From Lytechinus pictus (taxonomy: Eukaryota), in assembly GCF_037042905.1 (NCBI RefSeq), contig NC_087247.1:1798001-1862000 (forward strand): 64,000 bases of DNA. The letters are read 5' to 3'. A program made the position numbers and the translations under genes. Below the pieces are notes generated by a model that was not told the DNA's origin, did no database searches, and saw only the letters and a list, made by a program, of their open reading frames with translations. Positions 40,801-51,724 of the stretch are shown in pieces. Every line of letters starts with the position of its first letter. Position 1 is the stretch's first letter.

Positions 40801-41989
40801 AAATATTAGACTTAAGAACAAATATCCATTACAAGAAAAAACACTTTGTGAGGAGAAATGAGAGAAAAAGTCTGTACCGTCTCTTGGACACATCTTTAAA
40901 TGTCAATCAAGACGTTTTGGTTATTTTCTAATTATGTCAATGAAAGTTAATTTGACCGATATTTTTGTTATAATTTGGCTTGATACTCATATTTTGAGGA
41001 AATCTTCATAAGCCCTGAAAGGAACTGCTGACCTTGGGATTTATGGGTAATTAAAGGATGTATCCGTTTTGTGGAACCACTGCCAAGGGGAAGATGTGCA
41101 AGGAAATTGCATTTGACAGCGAAAAACAAAAAGGAGGGAAAAACGAGAAAGAAAAAGGAGGAACATGATCGATATGTAATTATGGAAATGCGTGTAAACG
41201 GTAAGAAAAATGCATTAACAAGTTGTATAATTTTTTTTCAACTTGGTTTACTGTATGAACTTTTAAGTACACATTAAATTTCAAACATTTAGTTTCAAGT
41301 TTAAATAAAATGTGATCAGTTCGTTTTTATAGTTTTATTTTTAAAACAACGATGTACACATTTCTGCCTTTCGAAGTTACACATCAACATTTATTTTCTT
41401 TCTTGCAAAATCCTAGGGTGGAAAATCTATATGCCGTATTGCCATATAGGTTCTTGACATGGTTATTTTTAGGATTTTTGTTAATCCTCCGATCGCTATT
41501 CGGCAGGCATGACAAAGGAAATAATAAATATTTACACGCGATCGTTTTTAAACCTTTATCTAACCCTATTCAAATCAAGGATAAATAGTGAATTTTTGGT
41601 TGATGTAATAAGATATTTATTAAGACCCGATTAACACAAATGGGAGCCTTTGAAGGTAATCGCGTGTTGTTTCTGATCTTGAGAAAACGTTTGACAGAGT
41701 TTCTTCAAAATTATTGGTTTCCCACGTGATTTAATGCAAATATCTTAATAAAACAAGTATATATGTCTCATTAATATTCAATGATTTTCATTATGTGAGT
41801 GCGATTTTTTTTTTTTTTTCCCTGTAAGGGGATTAATTGCTTGTTGATCTGCCTGGCTGTGATTGCAGCCTTCGGAGATATATTTACTATATTTAGGTCT
41901 ATATTTCTCATATAGCCTTTTCTTCACCTCAAAAGGGAATCTAAAGGTAAATGATTCCGAACTAGAGTCCTATCAGCTATAAGATCTTC

Positions 41990-42960
41990 ACTAGCCTGAG
42001 AAAATATCTAGAATCATGTCCAATACGCAGTAAATCATAACTTGCTCTGAAGAAAAAGATGTGTCATTAGAATCGCCCACTAATACCAAATCAAAATCAC
42101 TATTGGGGACAGGGATCTTTTTCAAAGTTTCTTGGGCAAGTTTCTTGTAAGAATCTTGTGGTGATGCTAGCACTTGCAATGTAAAAAAAAATCTTTTGTC
42201 TCTGTGACATCCCAGATCTGGAGGTCGGGGCTTGAAGTCAAATGGATTTATCGCAAGACTGCTTATTCTCCAAAACGTAACCATGACTCATGTAAGCAGA
42301 ATAGCTGGACATGTTATAAACATGCATGATTTTGGTATGAATGTTTTATTTCATAAAGGATGACATGCAAATATCTCTGTAAAGATGAAATGAGCCGAAA
42401 CATAATCCACTTTTCTATCCGCCCGGCGGCCATTTTCTTTGCCACACGCTGGATAGGGTATCACTGGTAAGCCACCCCACTGAACCTTCAAACCTCCTTT
42501 CGAAGTCGTCACACCGGGGCGGTAGAACTTTCTCAAAACCAAGAAAAAATGGTAATATCTGTAGTTTCATCTAAACCAGAAGTGTTTAGTTATGTGTAAT
42601 GTTACAATGGTTCAGTTACTACTGGGAAACATGTATATTTATCAGCAATTCAGCATTTATCTTACGATGAAATCTTTAAAACTGGGCTAACCATGCTTTT
42701 TATCAGATCAATGGCTGGATTGACATAAAAGTAAATAATTCTGAAGCGACATTTTGAAATGAGATTAAAAGGAGCTCCACAATTTCTAATGAATCGTGTG
42801 TAGTTGAAGAGGAGCGCCCCGATATTAATAGTTCAGGATATATGACGTCATCATAAAGTCCTCTTGACAAGAGTTGAAAATATATACTCATAACAGGAAA
42901 ACCCAACAGAAAGTTTGAAATTTGAATGTTTGCACAATGTCTGGGAACAACCAAATGTTA
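41990..42960 (-). pseudogene. Possible heavily decayed L1/Tx1-clade ORF2 remnant
   Basis: Minus-strand fragments in colinear order: LYDDV, RKINAELLIN, IFSW, CDDFE/KGGLKV (with frameshift), HPL*NKTF and LQVLASPQDSYKKL. They loosely resemble RT and post-RT motifs of L1-clade ORF2. Many stops and frameshifts; recognised by eye only. Confidence 0.3.
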
Positions 42961-43165
42961 TTTGAAACCAATGAAGTACATGGATTATAAGTAGGACTGT
43001 AACGAGTTTCATGGGATTTGCGATTTTGCTCGATTTCAGCGAAGAAGAAGAAAAAGAAAAACACACAACAAAAGAAAATTATGCAAAAAAAGTAACAAAA
43101 AAAAAGAAAATGATGCAATGAGAAAGAAAGTGAGATCGAGCGAAAAGGAAAAAGTAAACAAAAAA

Positions 43166-43345
43166 NNNNNNNNNNNNNNNNNNNNNNNNNNNNNNNNNNN
43201 NNNNNNNNNNNNNNNNNNNNNNNNNNNNNNNNNNNNNNNNNNNNNNNNNNNNNNNNNNNNNNNNNNNNNNNNNNNNNNNNNNNNNNNNNNNNNNNNNNNN
43301 NNNNNNNNNNNNNNNNNNNNNNNNNNNNNNNNNNNNNNNNNNNNN
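43166..43345. other. N-run (180 nt) covering the 3' junction of the retrotransposon; probably a masked GA/A-rich repeat
   Basis: Lies between an A/G-rich tract (43041-43165) and the element 3' UTR. Confidence 0.7.
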
Positions 43346-43454
43346 ATTTACAAATTATAATCACAAAAGTCAGGTATATAATAAAAGAATAGTTTGACAT
43401 AAACATTCAAATGAGATCAGGTTGATTACAAGCACAGAGTTATAAAACCAAATG

Positions 43455-46400
43455 TTAAATGAGCCATGCAATGCTGCCCTCGTTAATTGTAAAAAGTAAT
43501 CTATTCATACACCATTTACGTGAAAAAGCATCAATATTAGAACATAATTTGTAATAAGTAAATTCATAGAGTATTCTGTTTTTGAGACGATGTAACCAAA
43601 TAATAAGTGGATCGGTGGAATTTGAGGTACGGTACATAAAATAAATGGTACTTTTTAAACTAATAATAAGGAAATTAGCAAGGCGGATAACCTTTCTGTC
43701 ACGCCCTCTGGCATGCGGAATGAGTGCCCAGTATAGGTCAAAATTAAGTTTGAGAGAGGGGAGGAGATTGTTCAACAGTCTATGAAGAAGATTGAGAGAA
43801 GGTTGGATTCCTTTACATTCGATGAACAGATGTTGAATGGTTCCTAGTTCTCCGCACCATCCGCAAAAAGAAGAAATGTCTGTATTAAGATGATGGAGTA
43901 TAGTGAGCGACGGTAAAATATTGTGAAGGAGTTTGTATTGAATATCAGCCTCTTTTTTAGGTGTTGGTAATTGATAGATAGATAGCCAGTTCACTTTTGT
44001 AGATGGATCGAGAAATCCAGTATCATGCCAATGTGAGCTTGATGAGATTGTCGTATTATATAGTTCTTTCCTGTAGATTCCGTAGATAGCTTTAGAAGAA
44101 GCAGTAAGTCCATTTTCGGAAGAAGCCAGAGTGAAGTTGATCGGAGTAACTGGAGCAGACAATAGATCAGAGTATTCGTGTTGACAGCCTGAGTCATTAA
44201 AATATGTAGGAAAAACTTTAGAGAGTGCAGTTCGAATGAGTAATGTTTCACGTTCGATGAGACGCGATGATGGTTGTCGAAGTCCTCTTGGAAAGTTCTT
44301 TTGGAGACAGCTACTCTCAATCCAAAGACCAGTTGAGTGGTTTATCAAATGGCGAACTAGTTTCACTCCGCATGCCATCAGGCGCGTCGGAAAAAAATTA
44401 TCAACATCAATTGCATCAATAATATGAAAACTATTTAAGGGCATGTTAATTGCATGGCTGAAAGAGAGGGATTGTGTCACAATTCGAGCTCCAGATGTCA
44501 ACCAAGCTCGCAGAACTTCACTATAGTAAACTGGAAGACTTGTGTAAAACTTAGGATCAATTCTTGTAAAGAACAAATGGTAATCAAATCCTAATTTACA
44601 ATACTGTCTCAGAAAATGAGCCATAAAGTCGTTTACTGGATGAGAATTTAACGAAAGAAACCGTTGAATAATCGAAAATCTGTAAGTTAGAACACGAGCT
44701 TGGAGACAAGCTAGCCCCAGCCCTCCTTCGTCAGGTTTTTCATACAACACTTCTTTCTTTAACCAGTGCCGCTTATTTGACCAGATAAAATTCACAATTA
44801 AATTCTGAAGTTCGTTTAATACATTTTCAGGAGGAGAAAGAACTGCAAGAACATGAAATATTTTTGATGCAGCGAGCTGGTTTGCAATCAATACCTTGCC
44901 TTTAAATGAGAGTGAGTTCGATAAACGAGACCACGAAATGAAAGTCTTATTAAGTCTTTCTTTACATTTAATCCAGTTTTGTTTAGAATAATTAAACGTG
45001 TTCCCTAAATGAACTCCTAAAAAGGGGAGACCTTCACTATTCCAAGAAAAGTTGAGGGGTTTATCATTCCGCCCTTTCCAACGGCCGACCCAAAGGCCTT
45101 GTGATTTTTTTGTATTTAAACATGCAGCAGAGGCCAGACTAAACATATTGTAAGTTTGTTCAACTAATTCAAAGCCAGCATCGGCTGTAACAAATATCGA
45201 TACATCGTCTGCATATGCAGATACTACACAAGGTTTGTTAATAGCAGGGATATTTAATGCATGATTTGACACGTTCTCTCTTAGTGAGTTCAGGAGAGGC
45301 TCAATGGCGAGAGTATATAGCAACCCTGATAGAGGGCATCCCTGTCGTATTCCTTTCTCAAAGGGGAAGGGAGCTGTCAGGGATCCACACACTTTAATAA
45401 GGCTTTCAGCCCCTTCATACAAAATTCGTATATAAGATATAAAATGACTTCCAAAGCCCATGCGTTTCATAACATTGAATAAATAAACATGATCTACATT
45501 ATCAAATGCCTTTTTCTGGTCCAAGTTCAATACAGCCAAAGAAATATTATCAGTGTTTGCATAGAACAAAATATCTCTAATGAGATTAATGTTGTCATAA
45601 ATAGAACGACCGGGGATACAATAACTTTGGTCTCTTCCAATAACATGGTCAATGCATGATTTTAGCCTACTGGCAAGCAGCCTAGCAAAAATTGTATAGT
45701 CTGTGTTGAGGAGGGAGACGGGACGCCAATTAGAAATATCAGCGAGGTCTCCTTTTTTGGGGAGTAAAGTAATGACCGCCCTCCTAAAAGAGTATGGTAA
45801 AAATCCAGATTCAAGAGAGGAGGTAAGAACTTCGAGAAAATCATCTTTGAGCATGGGCCAAAAGACATGATAAAATTCAGAGGTAAGTCCATCGATACCA
45901 GGAGACTTATTTTTGCCTAGCTGCTTGACAGCATTATCAAGTTCTTCTACAGATATTGGATTATCAAGGTCCTTTGATAAGGACGGATCAAGCGTCTTGA
46001 TATTTACAAGTAAACTATTGATGGCACTCTTGTCAGTTGGCTTTCGAGTGTAAAGAGATTCATAAAAATCCCGAACATGATTTTTTATCTCAGAAGGGTT
46101 CTCCGAAATACGTCCCGAAGCGAGCCGAATGCGGGATATACTTTTTGATAAGGAATTCGTTTTTTCTAAGTTGAAGAAAAAATTGGAGCATGAGTCTGTT
46201 TCATTTGTGTATTTAAAGCGAGACCTCAAAAGAGCTCCGCGTGCTTCATTTTTCAGTAACGAGTTTAATGCATTTCTATGCTCGTCGAGAGTATATTTAT
46301 CTTGTTGGCTAGATTCTTTTGCGCTCTGAAGTTTATCAATCTCTTTGTTAATTTCTATTAGAGCTTGCCTTTTCCTTTGTACTATTTTTTTACTATACAT

Positions 46401-47312
46401 TTGAGTAATTGATTTTATATGAACCTTGCCGAAATCCCACCAAGATGCAAGATTCGGGAAGTCATTTTTTTCTTTTTGCCAATCTGACCAAAAAAGACGA
46501 ATAATATCAATGTAACTTTCGTCTTCCAAAAGAGTGTTATTAAAAATCCAATATGCACTTTTTCCTTTAGCTCGTATTGGGAATTTCAAAGTTAGAGAAA
46601 CTGCAGAGTGGTCAGATAAGGAACAAGGTATAATTTCACACTTATGAATAGAAGAAACTAGACACGATGGTACATAAAATCGATCTAATCTAGACTTTGA
46701 AAAGCCCTGTGCACTGGCTGGATTGTGCCGTTGCCAGGTGAATTTCTTTTCATTTGGATTTAGAAAACGCCATGCATCGCAAAGAGAAGATTTATTCAGA
46801 ACATTTTGCAAAGCCGTAACAAGTTTAGGTCTGCGTTCTGTGAGCGTGCACAAACGATCAATCGCAGGATTTTCAGTGCAATTAAAATCACCCACGATCA
46901 CAATATTATCTTCGCAACAGGTGGAGATATGACAATTAAGGGCATTAATAGCTTTAATTGCCATTTCATCAGATTGAGGAATGAGTGTGTTGTATACATG
47001 ATAAATACAGTTATTATGGGAGAGCTTGTTATACAATATATAGCCATCAAAAACAATACAAGTAGATAAAATATCGACTTGAGAATTATTAACCAAAGTT
47101 GTCACTCCTGACCCTCGAGTAATACCGGGTGAGCAAAAAGGTTTATGCGACCAGTTGCTCCAGCAAGGATTGCTATCTTTAAGGTGGTAAGTTTCCTGTA
47201 AAAATACAACGAGCGGGTTGCATGCAATTTGCTCAACATAAACTCGGAAGGAGGCGTTTTGAGTTTGGGAGGAGCATCCTCCGGTGTTGAGGGTCAGCAT
47301 TGACAGTGCCAT
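43455..47312 (-). CDS. Retrotransposon ORF2: APE endonuclease + reverse transcriptase + C-terminal zinc finger
   Basis: APE motifs TLNTGG, FLQET, VGDFN, FTW, SRLDRFY and SDHSAV. RT motifs KSPGIDG, WRPVSLLNTDY, LDQKKAFDNVDH, GIRQGCPLSGLLY, AYADDV and FLGVHL. C-terminal CGWC...HLFIEC. Confidence 0.97.
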   Translation of the reverse strand: MALSMLTLNTGGCSSQTQNASFRVYVEQIACNPLVVFLQETYHLKDSNPCWSNWSHKPFCSPGITRGSGVTTLVNNSQVDILSTCIVFDGYILYNKLSHNNCIYHVYNTLIPQSDEMAIKAINALNCHISTCCEDNIVIVGDFNCTENPAIDRLCTLTERRPKLVTALQNVLNKSSLCDAWRFLNPNEKKFTWQRHNPASAQGFSKSRLDRFYVPSCLVSSIHKCEIIPCSLSDHSAVSLTLKFPIRAKGKSAYWIFNNTLLEDESYIDIIRLFWSDWQKEKNDFPNLASWWDFGKVHIKSITQMYSKKIVQRKRQALIEINKEIDKLQSAKESSQQDKYTLDEHRNALNSLLKNEARGALLRSRFKYTNETDSCSNFFFNLEKTNSLSKSISRIRLASGRISENPSEIKNHVRDFYESLYTRKPTDKSAINSLLVNIKTLDPSLSKDLDNPISVEELDNAVKQLGKNKSPGIDGLTSEFYHVFWPMLKDDFLEVLTSSLESGFLPYSFRRAVITLLPKKGDLADISNWRPVSLLNTDYTIFARLLASRLKSCIDHVIGRDQSYCIPGRSIYDNINLIRDILFYANTDNISLAVLNLDQKKAFDNVDHVYLFNVMKRMGFGSHFISYIRILYEGAESLIKVCGSLTAPFPFEKGIRQGCPLSGLLYTLAIEPLLNSLRENVSNHALNIPAINKPCVVSAYADDVSIFVTADAGFELVEQTYNMFSLASAACLNTKKSQGLWVGRWKGRNDKPLNFSWNSEGLPFLGVHLGNTFNYSKQNWIKCKERLNKTFISWSRLSNSLSFKGKVLIANQLAASKIFHVLAVLSPPENVLNELQNLIVNFIWSNKRHWLKKEVLYEKPDEGGLGLACLQARVLTYRFSIIQRFLSLNSHPVNDFMAHFLRQYCKLGFDYHLFFTRIDPKFYTSLPVYYSEVLRAWLTSGARIVTQSLSFSHAINMPLNSFHIIDAIDVDNFFPTRLMACGVKLVRHLINHSTGLWIESSCLQKNFPRGLRQPSSRLIERETLLIRTALSKVFPTYFNDSGCQHEYSDLLSAPVTPINFTLASSENGLTASSKAIYGIYRKELYNTTISSSSHWHDTGFLDPSTKVNWLSIYQLPTPKKEADIQYKLLHNILPSLTILHHLNTDISSFCGWCGELGTIQHLFIECKGIQPSLNLLHRLLNNLLPSLKLNFDLYWALIPHARGRDRKVIRLANFLIISLKSTIYFMYRTSNSTDPLIIWLHRLKNRILYEFTYYKLCSNIDAFSRKWCMNRLLFTINEGSIAWLI

Positions 47313-47366
47313 TATGGCTATAGCAACTTGAGCGTACGTAATGAATGGAGAGAAGGTAAAAAGGAA

Positions 47367-48911
47367 TTAGCTCTCCAGAGTGCTGATCAATTTGTATATC
47401 CTCTGCTGCATGTTACGTTTTACTAGGGGGCTGTTTTTCAGGGGCTTTAATTGTTTAACTAGCCCTGGAATATTTGATGTATATTTCCGTGCAATCTGGG
47501 CAGGCTTTTTCCGCCCTTTTACGTTTGACAGAAATTTCACAATTTGGCCTTGGGAGAGGGGGCCTTGAGTCAATGGGAGTGCATCTTCCTTCGGGACATC
47601 TTCATCCGTTTGGGCATCTTCCCAAGTCATGGAGTCAGTGTCGGTAGATGAATCTCCAACTGTGGAGGATGGGGTAGGAGGGATATTGGGGGTTTGGGAG
47701 TCAAGGACTTGCGTTAAGGTTGGAGAGTCTACGGTTTCGGTTTGGGAGGAGGGAGCTTTCCTGGCCACTTTCCGAAGAGGAGAGGGGGCCTTCAGTGTAG
47801 TAAGAGTAGTATTGTTTTCGTTTGATTCGGGTGTTAGTTGCTTACGTTTTGAAACAACTTCAGAGAAAGTTCGGACAGGTGATGGGGGAGTTTTCCACAC
47901 AGGCGAAGGGCACGCAGAAATAGATTTGGGGGGAGGGGACTTGGAGGACACGACTATGGGCGTGGTAGTTGAATTGCTGGACGGCTGAGCAGGTGATGTC
48001 AGAGGTATGTGCAGTGGGGAGGATTGAGGCTTCCTAATGCGCGAGGGGGTGGCTGAGGTAGAAAGGGGCCCACGATCACGAGGTGGTAAACTAGGGAAAT
48101 CAGAGGAGGTGGGTACAGGTGGGGGCATTGTAGTTGCCGCCAAGGGGGGAGGTGATGGTGGCATGGGGTCCGAAACCGTAGTGAGAGGCGGGGAGGATCC
48201 GCGCTGGCGCACTCTCGTGTCATTTGAAACTGGGGCAGCGTTTGTCTTTGACTGATTAGTATTTGTGCTTGTTTGAGGTTTCTTACAATTGCGGGAAATA
48301 TGACCAAATTCACCACAGTTAAAACATCTAACTGACTCAGTTGAAATAAAAACACGATAGTTCATACCTGAAAACACGAAATTAATGTTATCTGGAAGTG
48401 TTGTGTTAGGTTTCACTAACACTTGAACGTGCCTTCTAAAACTCATAATATGGTTTAGACGTTTGTCTTTAAATCCTAGAGGTATTGGTTTGCAGTCGGA
48501 CACAACTTTGCAAAAAGGTGCTAGATTTTCAGTCAAGACAGAATTCGGTAGTTCTGGGTATACATTAGATAAAATGACTCGAGTAGTGGGCCGTACAAGG
48601 GGGGTTAGTTCAAGAAAGGCCCCCTCATACTCAAGGCCTTGTTGTACAGCATTGATAACAGCTTCTTTGGATTTTAGATACACAGCTATGCGACCATTAG
48701 AGATGCGAGAGGCAGATATTACGTCATTAGCGGGTATAGTTGTAGTAAAGACATTGATATAAGATTGTATCGTTACATTTTCAATAGCTTGAAAGCTTAC
48801 ACCATTGTGACGGGTGACATTTTTAAAATGTCCTACATTGTTTAACAAAGGGCCAGCTGCACTTGTGGTACGCTGGCCCTGTACACTACGTTGGTTTGCT
48901 TGACTGGCCAT
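47367..48911 (-). CDS. Retrotransposon ORF1: Tx1-type nucleic-acid-binding protein with CCHC zinc knuckle
   Basis: Tx1-type motifs SASRISNGRIAVYL, RVILSNVYP and HIMSFRRHV. Zinc knuckle CFNCGEFGHISRNC. Long Pro/Ser/Thr-rich region and basic C-terminus. Confidence 0.93.
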   Translation of the reverse strand: MASQANQRSVQGQRTTSAAGPLLNNVGHFKNVTRHNGVSFQAIENVTIQSYINVFTTTIPANDVISASRISNGRIAVYLKSKEAVINAVQQGLEYEGAFLELTPLVRPTTRVILSNVYPELPNSVLTENLAPFCKVVSDCKPIPLGFKDKRLNHIMSFRRHVQVLVKPNTTLPDNINFVFSGMNYRVFISTESVRCFNCGEFGHISRNCKKPQTSTNTNQSKTNAAPVSNDTRVRQRGSSPPLTTVSDPMPPSPPPLAATTMPPPVPTSSDFPSLPPRDRGPLSTSATPSRIRKPQSSPLHIPLTSPAQPSSNSTTTPIVVSSKSPPPKSISACPSPVWKTPPSPVRTFSEVVSKRKQLTPESNENNTTLTTLKAPSPLRKVARKAPSSQTETVDSPTLTQVLDSQTPNIPPTPSSTVGDSSTDTDSMTWEDAQTDEDVPKEDALPLTQGPLSQGQIVKFLSNVKGRKKPAQIARKYTSNIPGLVKQLKPLKNSPLVKRNMQQRIYKLISTLES

Positions 48912-49119
48912 GTACGAACCAGTCTAGAAACCTTACAAAAAATAACAGAAAATGTGTTTAAAAAACACTAAAATTGGTAAACCTGACGAAGGAGGATCGA
49001 GTCTATATCAATCTATAACCCAACACAATTGTAATGGTACAAAAATCAAGGACCAAATGGTCATATAAATCAGTGAAAAAACAGAAAAACCGGAGCTCGA
49101 AAAAACACAACTACCTCAC

Positions 49120-49205
49120 GAAAGAAAGAAAGGAAGAAAGAAAGGAAGAAAGAAAGAAAGAAAAAAAACAGAAAGAAGGAATGAAGGAAAATTAGAGAAA
49201 AGAAA
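49120..49205. repeat. (GAAA)n / GA-rich microsatellite at the retrotransposon 5' junction
   Basis: GAAAGAAAGAAAGGAAGAAAGAAAGGAAGAAAGAAAGAAAGAAAA begins immediately at the element boundary. Confidence 0.9.
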
Positions 49206-51724
49206 AATATAAATAAGGAGACTCATACCTTTAGAGAAGTAAAAGTTTCTTGGGGGCGCATTTGGCATTAACATTTAACCCGCGCACTTTTTGTTCATAA
49301 ATTGCGCTGACCACGTGACCCCGCTTGAGGCGACGATCTCGGCTATCACTTACGATTGATGGCATCAACATTCAGCATCATCATGACCGTGGACTTCAAC
49401 TTCTGAGCGGGTTCGTTTAGTGCCTATATTTCTACGAATAATCTATCATCGGGAATGTACATTGAATCCAAGATGAAAATGAGTTCCCCAAATGTTCTGA
49501 CCAAAACAGTGAGATCCTTTGTTGGCTGTTAGAGGATAATTTGAACACAAGACATTCAGCAAACGTGAGGATGACGTGGAGGGGCTTTAGGCCGAGTCAG
49601 ATGAAACCCCTACCCCACCCTCTTTAATTCGAATCCACTAACAACTGCCTGGTATCTCAATGTATAATGACACACCAGAAAAGTTTTGAAACTGGTTTGG
49701 TATAAGATTAACACCAAGGAAGGACTTAACAAGGGTTGGCTTGGTGCTAAACTGGTGTTGACTCAACATGCATTTCCCTAGCATTGCCTAGTGGAGATAC
49801 GAACAAACAAAGGAGCAACTGCATAGGAGTTGGAAAGGATGCAATTTCAGTGCTTGCACCGGGCCTGTTTTGGCCAGATATAAAATTGTTACCCCTTTTT
49901 AGTCTGCATGATCTACCTTTTACATGCATATTTAGAGAGTTATTACACTTAATCAAATCTACAAAATAATCAATGGGTTATCATGATGCATGATTAGATA
50001 GCTCTGATGAAGTGCGCGATTCAATTTGACAAAGAGAATATACATGGTAAAGTTGTTGTTTCACGTGATTTTCATAAACCACGTACCGTCATGACCGTAG
50101 TCGCGTATTGCTAAATCTGAAGAAAGAGTTTCTCCATGATTGTTGTTTTGCTAATCGTTGCAAGCGCGTTGGCGATCGAGCGCTGCAAAACTCATCAATT
50201 ATTTTTCACCCTTTGGTCATTGAGTGGGAAAGAGGCGCGGAGTCAGGTGCCAATGACAGAGTGCCGAAAAACAATCATATGACAGGTTAAAGAACTTGTA
50301 TATGATCACAAAACAATATTATAAAAGTAGTTTTAGTCATGTTTGAACATGTAACCAGGTATATCTAACTCCCTGGTATAACTTGACTGGAATATGACTT
50401 TTGTAGGTGTTTTGATATTTCATTTGATGGGTGGAAGATAGTGTTTTCAAGTGTTTTAAAAGAGACGATAACTTGTTTTGTCATGCAAAACACGGAAAGC
50501 TTGTGAGGACAGGCTAGTTGATGTGAATTCCATGTTAAATTAACATTTTTCTTTCACACACATATTGGTAACATCCAGCAACTAACAAATAGCCTGTGTC
50601 TATTCTTTTTTGAAAATTGAGATAAAGTCTTTGTACCTATTTCACCGATATAATTAGATCAAAGAAGGACAAATATAATCATAAATCTTAGAAGTGACAT
50701 TAATGACGTTCGCAGTATCTTTGTAATGTCTAATGTCCCCGCCAACTTCCACTGTATCAATATTATTGATAAAATTGATAGACGGTGAATAATACGGGAA
50801 AATACTTGTTTTGAACGAACGGAACCAATGACTCTTCAGTACAGGAAACACTAAATGAGACAGGGAAGTATTCCTAGTTCTACATTACCTGTTACCAAAT
50901 TAAGTTCATTAACAATGTTTGAGCACTGATACGCTTGTTTATCATCCATGTCCTCATACCAGGTTCCCTACAAGGCATGCTGGGACAACCAGGACGGTGA
51001 ATGTTGCCAATAACGGATGAGCAAATTCTCCCTGGCAATGGAACGATGATCTTTTTGTGATCATGTCAAAAAAGAATGCTGGCTTATTGTCGGCGCGCAC
51101 GCTTTGTTGACACGGTTTCAAGGGAATTTCGGATGATTTTTTTGCTGGTCCATTAACCATTAATTGTTTACCTCTATCATTGTTAATTAATTCATTTTTG
51201 ATAAATAAATATCATAATGGGATGTCGAACGATATGGTTCTATCGTGTTGGAAATATTTCCTGTTTCTCACACCTTCGCACATTTTTTAGCTTAAAGAAA
51301 AAAAAACATTTTGCTATGAACTTTTAAACTATAAAAAACAAATGATGGAATTCCCTTGCAGAAGGTTTTATGAACTAGATATTTCTAACTGATATTGTCA
51401 AGTCCACATGTAAAAGCCAATTAATAAAACTTAGCGACTCAAACCTTATATAAAATGCTATCTCAGGCTTCAATTCTTCTTAATATCAGGGAAGAAGAAA
51501 ATGTCAAATTGCCTGGTAGATGACTCGTATTGCAACACCTCAAATAAGGTGCTAACTCTCGGTTTTTGGTAATCGTTTGCAATTATTCACACCTTTGTAA
51601 AACCAACTTGAGGTTCATATCATAGTTTACTTTTCCCGATAGCAGCTGTAATGGAAGGGGCGAATTGGAAGCATTTATTAAGTAAAAACTTGGTCTCCAA
51701 ATTGATATTAAAATCTCTATTCTT

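Larger units (their letters stand above)
43346..49119 (-). mobile_element. Apparently full-length, intact Tx1-group (L1 clade) non-LTR retrotransposon, antisense in intron 1
   Basis: ~208-bp 5' UTR, uninterrupted ORF1 (514 aa) and ORF2 (1285 aa), and >100-bp 3' UTR running into Ns. The 5' end abuts (GAAA)n at 49120. Confidence 0.95.

Noticed and set aside
47380-48762. Plus-strand ORFs antisense to retrotransposon ORF1, and small ORFs overlapping ORF2
   Set aside because: Shadow frames of GC-richer coding sequence with no recognisable motifs. As intronic sense-strand sequence they lack evident splice support.
49100-49119. let-7-like TGAGGTAGTTGTG at the element 5' end (CTACCTCA seed match on + strand)
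   Set aside because: Only the first 9 nt match let-7, no precursor hairpin is evident, and the + strand site is intronic. An 8-mer is expected by chance in 64 kb.
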